A DNA stretch of 64,000 bases from positions 117,149-181,148 of the forward strand of contig NW_018408656.1 of NCBI RefSeq assembly GCF_002113885.1, written 5' to 3'. A program made the translations under genes and the position numbers. Source of the DNA: Mizuhopecten yessoensis. Taxonomy: Eukaryota. Below the pieces are notes generated by a model, which was given only the letters and a program-made list of their open reading frames with translations, did no database searches and was not told the origin of the DNA. Shown one piece after another: positions 47,301-59,300 of the stretch; the first letter of the stretch is position 1, and each line of letters opens with the position of its first letter.

Positions 47301-50300
47301 TGTTTAAGCAAGAAACTTTAATTTTGTTTCCCGTATTACTAGGTACAATGTATTCATATTAGGAGTATATTTCAACCCTAACTTCACACATCATATTTTT
47401 AAACATACATTTTTAGCTGATGGGTTACACCCATCTACTACAAATTAATTATTTTGTCATTAACAACATTAATTTCATGACGTACACAAAAGGAATGTGA
47501 TTAAAACATTCAGAAGATATTCTGATGATTGTTTAAACATGTATATACTTTTGCGTATATACCAGGGAGGTAGCCAATTGCAAGGCAGGCAGCATATATA
47601 TAAATCATAAAATAGGAAAATGGACTAGACCTTGTCGGGGAAATACCTAATTAGTGGGATAGTTTAATATAAATCTGTTTAAACTCTTAAAAGAAATAAA
47701 GCAGAAATATAAAAATAAATGTATAAAAGTTCAAATAAAACACTGCATAGAAGAGAACATCATATTGGAGCAAGAAATATATTGGGTATCTGTAAACAGA
47801 ACAAAGTTGTGGAATACAGGATAAAAGTTAACGAAGTTAAAGCTTCCATCACTGGGAACAATCCTAACACAAACGGTTAGAAACCATATCACTAACATCA
47901 GCTAGGTGTAAAAGGAAATACAACTAGACATTTGATTTTGGAAACAAAAACATGTCTCCCCTTTAAACTTTGCACTTATTTGACCTTTGACCTCAAGGTC
48001 AAGGTCACAGTGACCCCACGACAGTGCACTGAACATCCTCTTTTGGTGTTGCAGATATACTGCATGCAAGTTTCATCAGGATATTATTAACTTAGCACTT
48101 ATTTGACCTTTGACCTTGAGGTCAAGGTTACAGTGACCTAACGACAGTGCACTTTACATCATCTGTGAGTGATGCAGATCTACTGCAAGTTTGATCAGGA
48201 TATCTTTAACTTAGCACTTATTTGACCTTATTATTTGAGGAACTGCCTACTACTGCTAAATTATAAATTGATATACATATATGAATAATAGTTATAATTG
48301 TAATGGGGACCATTACAGAAGTCCTTAAAAATTATGCTTGGATAGAGTGTACAATGCCATCATATAATTGCATACAAAGTCTTAAACGTAATTAGAGGGA
48401 CCGTAGACATCATCTTTTTTTGACAAGATGTTCCTGAAAAATTTGCACATATTTGACCGTTGACTTTGGGGTCAAGGTCACAATGACCTTGCCACAGTGC
48501 ACTGCACATCGTCTATGGGTGGTGCAGGTATTTTTCATGTTTCATCAAAATATCTTTAACAGTTAAAAAGTTACAGCCTGGACAAGATCATATTAGAAGA
48601 ACCAGTACTAATACAATATGTCTCCCTTCATTCAAAGGGGAGACATAATTAGCGACAAAAAAATCATAATATCATAACTTAACATAACAACCAGGGTGGA
48701 ATCATACTGACATACAGGGTACAAAAATAACAACTTAATAGGTAGTATTATAATTTTATATAATACTTATAACGAGGGCTATAATCATAATCATATACAA
48801 CAATTAGGTTGGTATCAAAACTACACAACAAAAAAGACAGTACGATGTAATATATATAACAGAATAGTAAAAATTATCACAGGGAGAAAAACTATAACTT
48901 TGGACGGATAATAAATGTTATAAAATTGTCTTTCATCTGAAGCATTAATCCTCTGGCTCTTAATGTTTAGATCATGATCACATATTAGTAACAACAGGAG
49001 GGTGGAGACCCAACGTCCCTGCAAGGAAGTCAGTTCCATAGTGGCGGTAGGGATCCTGGGGGTGATCCTTGGGCGGATATCTGAATGGTATTCAACAGTG
49101 CTCATCAGGGAAAGCAGAGCAAATGAAAATAGAAATGTGAACAGTAAACTGTGCTCTGAAGACGGCCTCCCTTTGGCCGAAACATGTCAGCACGTAGGAT
49201 GTAAATCAAACATTACATTTTGTACCGGATTCAGTGGTGTTGTTGCTCATCATTTCTATTTTCATTTGCTATGATCACATATTGTTAGGTTAATAGATTC
49301 CTCTTCTCTGTATGACCCCTGACCCCTCCATGCTCAGCCAATGAACTTTTGAGACAATCAGGTGATGGAACAAATTGGGCTGCGAGAGAAAAAAAAGAAA
49401 CGTTACCAAAAGGTAATGAACAAAAAATTGCCATTGGAAAAAGAATCTTTGATTTTCATAATGTGAATTCCTTTAGCCCATATTGAAAAAGTTTTAATGA
49501 AAATCAATGACTGTCTCAAAAGTTCAACGATTTCAGCATTAGTAACCTGATTCATATTATAGTTCAGATCAATTTTAACTGTCTCTTGATTTTCATGGGA
49601 AACTAATTATATAAACGTTTTCAATTGCAGTATATTTTGTACCATTTACTGGTTAAAACATGGAGGAAGGAAAAGAAGCATCGATTTTAAAGAGACTAAA
49701 ACTGGGGCTTATGTAGATACTTCAGACACCATATACTTCCTGCCCCATATTATGGCCTTGAACAACTAATTGCCAAAAGACATCCAAGACTTATTCAAAA
49801 GTAGCTGCTAAAATAAACATCTACTGGCTTAGTGTCTCCTTATTTGGAATTATTCATCCTGTCTTAAAGTGTCTTATACATAAGATTAAAGATTTTAAAA
49901 CAGACAATTAATGTGATTTTTAAATTTGACTTATGACCTAGAAAATAGTTCTTGAAATTAGATTTAACTGCGAAAACTTGTATTACACTGTATTGGAGAT
50001 GGAGATCAAGGTCAAAGGTCAAAATGTGGTCACAGTAACCTTTTTACAGGGTAGAACACACTGCCTTCCGGTGATGTACCTATATACAAAGTCTGATGTC
50101 AATTCCTCAAATAGCAGCTAAGATATGCTCTGGAAATTATTATTTTAGTACTTGAGGTTCAGCTCAAATGTCAAAATAAGGTCACAGTGACCTCATTTAA
50201 GGTTGTACTGGACACCACCTTCCCGTGATGTACTTATATACAAAGTTTAATGCCCATTCATGATCATGAAACAGAGGCTGAGATATGCTCCGGAAACAAT

Positions 50301-53300
50301 TATTTTAGTTCTTGAGGTCAAGGTCAAAAGTCACAGTGACCTAGTTTTAGAATGCAACACATCACCTTCCCATGCTGCACCTATATACAAACTTGGATGC
50401 CCATTTGTGAAACAGAAACTGAGATATACTCTGGAAACCAGAGTGTGAAAGGATGACAGGACGGATGCCCGAACAGATGAAGCAAATATATACCCCAAAC
50501 TTTGGTCAAGGCGGGGTAAAAAAAAATATCACAGACTTTATGCTCACAGTAATGCTAATATTTGATAGATAAAGACGGAAATTTACACACAGGATACTGT
50601 CAATATTTGATACCAAAACAAGGAAGTTTACAGAGGGTTCTGATACTATTGGATACCTAAACAATGATCAAGGACCCTTATACAATGTACATATATCGCC
50701 TCAGTTAACGTTTCCGTTGTCGTAGGTAACAGCTTAGAGGTAACATTGTGTCCTGCTGTCGTTTGGTATCTACTTAAACTTAAAATTTCACTCACGTGCA
50801 TTGATATTATGTGGGAATGTTTATTTTCGTACCTAGCTTTTCCAAATAAAAAGCATGCTTTAATTTCCCCTAATCAATTTCTCTCTACCAACTAGCTACC
50901 ATCACCAATGTACAGGATACATGTTGATAATATACAGTATTTATATATACATATAATGAGGATCTTACCTTTTCACCGGCGGTGTTGGGGCCTGAAAGAA
51001 AATAAAACAGATTTAGTATTGTAACTAAAATTACTGTCTTTAAGTAATCAGGATATAGTAGTATTTCTTTTAGACACTGCATCAACCTGTAACTTTTAAA
51101 TCAAATAAAAAAAAAAATCATGCATCAATAAATTTGTGAAATATCACAATTTTTTTTCATTCAAATAAACTATGAAAGCAGTTAACTGTACTAAAAAACC
51201 TAAGTAATTACTAGATATATTCTATCTATCTAATTACATGTTTGAAAAATAATGATAATGAAAAAAGTAAATATTTTCAAACATTTGGGGGGGATATAAT
51301 TTGATTCTGTTTCCAACTCTTTCCAAAGTGTGATCTCTGAATTATGAACATAGACAGGATTGACATACCTTACTCTATCAAATATGAAAGAACACATGAA
51401 CACATGTACTCATTACCATTGTTGTAAAAGCTGTGCAGGCCATGGTAGGGATTTAAATTATTTATTACCTTTGTCTATATACTTGGTACTAAACTATGGT
51501 GTATCATAATGTACATTTCTATTAGATTAATTATATGATTATGATAAATGTAATTTGTATGTTAAATTATGATAATATCTATATATTATTTATTATCATA
51601 TTAATATTATTGATTGTGTAAAATAATATTTTACAAATTGATAATGTAGTATGAACATTACTGTTAAAGATAGCATAATTTGTATGTTACTAGCTATTAC
51701 ATCATTATAATTATAATAATAAATGTCTTTGTACATACAATTTATGGGAATAATAACAATTTTTTTTAGTGTATCACTAGTATATAAATGATAGAAATGT
51801 GTTATATTTTGATGATTACTGTTATATGATTATGCTAATGTTTTGTATATACTACTATGATATAATTATAATAATTAATTTTTATCTTACCAGTGTATAA
51901 ATCATAACTTAAACTGTCATCCGGAGGATAACTAACCCACCCCGCAGATGATGGTAGTTTACACATCATTTAGTGACCTTAACCTTTGGGTCAACTTACT
52001 GAAATGGGAACTCGTTCGAGATATTTTAACTCTTTACATATTTTCCACATGTTTTATGGACAAGTTATTTTGTATAAAGGGCCGTAACTCCCTTAAAAAG
52101 TGTTGAGATCAGAAATTAAAATGCCGGTGCACAACTACATAATATACTGATAATTCAAGTGAAGTTTCAATAAAATCTGCCTGTCAGTTTAGGTGGAGTT
52201 TTCCAGACAAGTTACTGCAGACGACATCCCGACTGCAGACAGAGAGGGTGATTCCAGTATTCCCCTCCTAACTTCGTTGCGGAAGGTATAATGATATATT
52301 TTTTATATTAGTCTAATATAATTAAGAAAAATTACTAAAATTTAAAACTACTATAGTTTCATCATTGTGATAATGGAAGCAGTAACAGTCTATATGATAC
52401 TGTAAAGCTTAGAAAAGTGTGAAAAATTATACAAGTATTACCTAAGGTAAATCACTTAATAACAACAGGCCCATGGGGCCTGTTTGCTGAATTGTTATTC
52501 AAGGTAGAATGTATCACTGTATCAGTTTTAACTGCGAAGAAGAGACCCACTCTAGAGGGTTTTTTGACTTGGAGTATTCTGTCCACTACATAGAAACTGA
52601 AGTAACCAAAAGGTGATTTTCTGGCTTTGAGTTACTTCCCCTATCAAGCTTTTCATATGCTTTGTGGCCCACAAATAGGGCACTCATTTTAATTCTTTAA
52701 TTCATTTTTATAATTCCTGTACTACACCATTGGTAAGTGTAGGCTTTGTAATGTAAAGTTTCACAGTTCAAACCCTGCAGTTTTCTTGTTTTCTTTTTTA
52801 TTTCTAATTTTGATCACTTAAATAGCAAACAACTACAATTTTGTCAAATGCATGGCAATATCTCGGGTTTTTTTAGGAAACATTTCTTTTGAANTTCTGA
52901 CAACCTAAATTTTTTTTGTGGCAGAAAATTTTCTTTACTTTCAAGCAATATAACTACAAAATTTGAAGAAATTCTACAGAGAAATGGTGACACAATCCTA
53001 TTACCTTAAGGTGAACTGCTAATATCATTCAATCTTAGATTAAATCAATTAACTGAGCAACGATGAAATAAAACAACCATCATATAACCTCGATATCATT
53101 ACATGTACCATATATATGTATCAAAGAACTTTTAGAAAAACTTCAAAAAGAAAAAGCTGTGCACAAAGGCATTTTTAACCAGTTTGACTTTATTACATGT
53201 ATTTATATATAGTATGTAAAAACTTTCCTTTTTTTCAACAATTATGAAATTAGTTTTTCAAACATTTCTGAATCATTCTTGTCCAAGATGGAAGTGCACA

Positions 53301-56300
53301 GATGGTCTTTATTTAGGAGGAAACTGGAGTACCTGAAGACAATACACAAAGTTGTGTAGGTGACCCAATACCATTTCAAATCTGATGGGGAGTCGAACTC
53401 CAGCTGTGCTGGTGAAAGGTTAGTGTGCTATTTACTGTGCTAACAGACCACGCAAATATAAGTTTGATCTCTTTAACTCTGTGACCTTGAAAATAGGTTA
53501 AGGATATTTTTTTAACCTTGCAGTACTACAATCCTAGGTAGCTACTAGCCAATGTTGTGATCCAAGGCATTCCAGAACTTCAGAGGAACATGTCTGAAGA
53601 TTTAAACCTATAACTGCCCCTGTTGAATTTTGACCGAGATGCATTCTGAAATGACCTTTGATCTCAACACAAAATTACCAAAAAAAATGTCCATTGCCTG
53701 ATCTCACCAAACACTAAAGAATCATGGCCCTAAACTTCAGGATATTTCAGACAATGCTGTTTGAAGTTTTCAACATTTAAGACCTTTGTGACCTTGAAAT
53801 TAGGTGACGGTTATTTCTGTGAGGAAAATTAATAGCACTCTATCTTGGTGGTATGTAACGCCTAAATTTCACAATGCTGGTCCTTATAGAATTTTAAAAG
53901 AAAGGCATTTAAATTTGTATAGCCATAATAGCTTATGTTGGCCTTTGAACCCAGATAGCTCTCGAAGTTGACCTTTGAACTTAACGGTGACCTCAAGGTC
54001 ATTATTAAGAAACTTATTATCACTCCATCCACTCTGAGTTGTCTTACAAAAAAGAAAGAGTTATAAATTAGTACACATAGGAATAGATGACTCTTCTCTC
54101 TTGTAACATCCTTTTCTATCCCTTTACTAAAAAAACATACGTAAACAATTTTACTAATTTTCCAATCTTTTCTTCGTCTGCTGGAAAACCGAACTACTCG
54201 GTAGTGGAGCGGACATAAATCCACTCAAACAACGAACAAACAAACAAACAAACACTCCATCCAAAGCACATAATGGCAAAAAGGTTTAAATCTGGGCCAA
54301 GCCAGATAAAACACTACATGTTACAAACCTTAGAAATTAAAGGGGTCATTAAGTGCAAAAAGAAGTTGGGTAGACAGCTATGATGCTTTTTTGTAAATTT
54401 GGTTTGTCATTGAGTACAACGAGAGAAGAATGAGTTAGACTGTTAGTACATATAGGTGACTAGAACTAAAACACCTTGTCTTGTCTCACCTGTGTCTTCC
54501 CCCGTCTCCCAGACTACACATCAACACGAAAAACACAATTAAATCACAGACAACAGATAGGGTTCTCATGCTTTGTGAAGTAGACACAACTACGAGTTAC
54601 AGCTTCAATTAAATTTGTGATACATGCATAACAGCTATATGTATCTGGCTTGACAATACAATGAAGCCAGATATTTCTGAGGAAACATGAATGAAATCAT
54701 TATTGAATTTCATGAAATTATGAATATAGCATATAAAAAAAAAGCTGTTTACGCTTTAGGAGTATGGGCACACCTCATAGCAGACAAAATTAATTTCATG
54801 TAAAATGACCCAACATTACAGCATTCAGACAGAATATCAGTCTGGAGTAAACATCATCTACACGGTCATATTACTCACCCCTGATGCAGAGTTGAGGGTC
54901 CTGAGGAACTGGTCAATGACTAGCCATTTCTCCTTTGTTTCCTCAACCTGCTTACTCTTTAGCGGGTCCCTAATCCGGATCTTAACCTCCAGCTTGCCTC
55001 CAGCGGCCTTGCGTCCATCCATCAGGTCATGACTTTCATGGTAAGTACACTTCGAGTCGAGAGGGAGTAGTTTCACGTTACATGTACCTATCAACTTGTC
55101 TCCCTTGAAGAAGCTCTTCTTCTGAAACACTTCAAATTTGACTGACTTTCTCTCCACCACCCGGCCAAATCCTCGCGACTTTCTACTTATCTGTAACTTC
55201 CATGGTTCATTGTATTCTGAAACAAGACCAGGATTATGTCAGTCAAACACAACTGTACTATGACAGAACTTCATGTCAATTTAGTGAAGCAGTATGGGAA
55301 GACTTGTGTCAGTTATAAGCCAAGCAATATGACGTGACCTTAAATACAGTTGTTTACACGCGTCAGATGAAATGTCAGTGACATACTCATATTAATGATG
55401 CATCTTTCTTGAATGCAAAAAATCATCTACCTCGCAAAAAATAGCTCAGATTCGTTGTTATAGTCAATATAAACTCATTTACATTATTTTTAATGGTAAT
55501 TATATTTAATGGTAATTATTTTTAATGGTAATTATATTTAATAATTCATTAAAGAAAGTTATGGAGGCTAGTTGTTGTAACGGCTGTATATCAAATTTGT
55601 ACAACATTCTGACTTATCAAAACATGTAATATACAGCACTACACAAATCTAACAGCCACACACCTGGATTAACCGATCCTTTCACTGTGTCAGAACACCC
55701 TGTCTGTTGATCATCCTAAAATACAATATAAGCTGATGTACCATTCATGAGCTACACACTTTGGCAATTATATATTTTCATCAATGGGCCCCGAATTAAT
55801 CATTAATATACATGTGTTATACCTACGTGTAAATGTATATATACCTTGTTAAATTGTGTCTGATCAAATATTAATGAGATATTGAGGAATTCTCTATTCT
55901 GAAGCTGACTTATAGTTATACAGCGCTCCAAAGTGATCTCTGTATCCTTAAAGACACTTTCAGAGTTAATAACGTAATCCTCTCTTTTCCATGGTGATGA
56001 TGTTTGAGGAATGTAAAAACTCATTCACCCCTGAAATGTCATAATGCACTATTCCAACCTTTGAATTGGAAGAGTTCAAATGTGTCTTCAGGGGTGAATG
56101 TGTTAAAGGTGTTATGATATGAATCACATTAGATCTACATCAAGCCAGAACTGTTGCCAGAATGGCAGACTTGAACACCGGCCGGCGTCAAAAACTGTAA
56201 GAACACTTCTTCCAAGAATGTTTTTAAATATAAAGAGGTGTAATTTCAAAGTTAGAGAGGAAGCTTCAATCTAAATACTTTATTCACATCCCCTCCATAT

Positions 56301-59300
56301 AAGGGTTCTGTGCACAAAGTATCATTTAATATAAATGTCTAGTTCCAGTTATCTCCCCTAACTATGTTACTGGATTTACATGTAAAATCAAGCAGTATTT
56401 ATGGAACTGCATGAAAATGTTAATGTGGAAAAATAAAGTATATTTATATAAAATCATACTGAAGTACCAGTTATAGATTAAAATTTCAAAAGTACTAATA
56501 TCAATTTCACATATCTCTGATTATCCAATTTAAAGGCTGATTTGAAATATAGATTATTGTGAAGTGATTTTAGAATTAACATTACTTTTTTTTGATACAT
56601 ATCATCTAAGCTGTTGTACATAGGAACTTACTGTAGGGTATGGAAATTCGTACTTCACATATGTGTCCAAGTCTTTTTCAGCATGACCTAGAAATAAAGT
56701 TTCATAAACTCAATAATACATCAGTATTATGCACTTTGGTAGCTGGTAAAATGCAATTTATCACATTGACTATGTATATAAGAAATTAACTTTAAGTCAT
56801 TTGAAAATTAATTGAGATGTTGGTAAACTTTATTATAATGATGACTTAAGCAAATTTCTAAGTGGCACCCTATACCCTACAGAATCACATGTAGCACCAA
56901 CTATCATAAGCATCATTACTTACTTGTAGGGAGCTGTATTCCTCTCACCAAGGTCAACTCCAAATCATTGTCTCCTAAATCTGTGTTACACCTAGAATAA
57001 ATATAATTTCATTTAACCCTCTGTCCAAAGTCTACTCAAGATCATTGTCTCCTTAATCTGTGTTACACCTAAAATAATTAAGACTTCACACATTTGACAC
57101 CTGTGACATAAACCATTGATCAAGGTCATAAATTCGGACAAACTTGATACTCCTTCCCACCAGCAAGCTATGGGCTTACTTTCGTTATTCTAGGACCACA
57201 CTGCACTTTAGAAGTAGTTTGTAGATTTTAATACAAAAGTGTCTTGTTTAATTTAGCGCTATACAACAAATGTCATTACTCTAAGCTTTATGCCAAACAG
57301 TATTGCTCCAAGCCATATGAGAAATATCATTATCATCTATATACTGTAATACATTACACCACCTACTGGTAGCATTATAAATTCATTATCATGGGTTGTC
57401 AGAACGCAAAAACATTAGGAGAAGATGAGAATGACTTGATAACAATTTTAGAACAACTTGAGAATGGATTTCCCCATTTGGGAACATATTTTCTCCAAAA
57501 AAGACATCTGCTTGTACCAGTTGACATTCTGAACTGGAAATAGTAGCCACACAAATAAAAGGTGATCCACGTAAGAAAATAGTCTGTTATAAACAAATCA
57601 ATATAAAATTAATACAAGTATCACTACTCTATGCTATACAATAACATTCATTACTCTAAGCTATATGATAAGTATCCTTACTCTAAGCCTTTTTGATAGT
57701 CATTAATTTGTAGATTTTAAGTTTTAGGAACTTCCACAGATTCTACTTACTGTACCAGCGAGAAAGTTCTGTTTTCGTAGTGAAACTTCGGAACAGGATC
57801 GTGATGTCTGAAGGCATTTTTTAACGCTTCTAAATCTTTCCTACATCCCTGCTCCATCTTTTGGAATCTGGACAAAACAAAAATCATAAGCCATTTAAAA
57901 ATGGTATGATACTATAATCAAGATGAGTTTTAAATATCCATTCACACAATGAAGTCAACCAAACTATTAAAACTTCAATAAAATCATGTTTATTTTTAAA
58001 ATTGTATCAACTTTGGTAATAAGGCCAAAAAAATATGTGTGTTTCCTGTTTCTGCTTGAAAAAAAATAGGGTTCATAGGCAGGCAATTTTTTTCTCTCAA
58101 TATTTTTACTTTGCATGTACAGAGCATGAGTTCTGACTTCAACAGTACTGATCAGTAAATGCCAATAAAAACTTGAGCGTAGGTACAAAAATTTAGGGTC
58201 GCTAGGGAAACCGGAAACACCAATTTTTTTGTAAACATTGTGCAAAATATTTAAGGTTAACCTCCTCACATCTTATTTTACTTCCCCACACAGAGAAATT
58301 ATACTAAGCTTGAAAAAGTTATCAACAATTTACCATGGTAGACAAATCAGAAATTATGATCATACGACAACTGAATTTTCTATCAATTTAAGATATAGGC
58401 ATAACCTACTAAATATGATCCTGATTTTGATGGTACATGTACTTACTTTGCAGCATTTAACACATCTCCAAGTTTCGTGAAGTGCTGGTGATTACTTGCA
58501 CTCATCTGTAAAAGAATTATCATAATATGAGGCAGATATTATCAAAGTTTTACTTTATACACAAAACAATGTACAAAATAAACGTGTCGCAACGTTTCCA
58601 GACCCACTGGTCCCTTTGTCAAGCTATGACTGAGTGAGCGATTTGTATTGTTTACCTGTACAACGATCAATAGACAAAATTGCATATTTCTCATGTCACT
58701 AGACCCTGGACATTTCGCCTACCAATAGATCGATTGATCGATCGACACTGTATTTAATAGGTGACTGGAATACAGTGTGAATACGCTCTTTCCATATTTC
58801 CAAACTGATGAATCTTATTGATGAGGCAGACATTTAGGTATTAACAATATGCATTTATTATTAACCCTTTCACCACTGCAGACCATAATGGACTCGTCCA
58901 GATCAATGCATGGTTGAGCCTACTTAAGTTATATAGGGGTGAAAGGGTTAATTAAACCCATTGAAAAGAACTCCTCTTGCAAATTAAAAGCTTTAATTGA
59001 AACTACCTCATTACTCATAGACTTTGTGGGAATTTTCTATTTAAGAATAATTTGGAAATTTGTCTGAGACCATGTAGCGTAATGCAGTATTTCACAAAAA
59101 GTTTGTTCCAAGGGAAAATAATGATTGGTCAATTTTTTTACTTAATAGAATTAACCATTTAACTATTCTATCACTGTTGCAAATTTCGATAATTATGATG
59201 CATTATAATGAATTAAATCATTTGTAAATAATCTTCCTCATCAATTATTTTCTAACATTAGGAGGTCTGAGTGTTTTACGCTACATAGCCACTATATACA

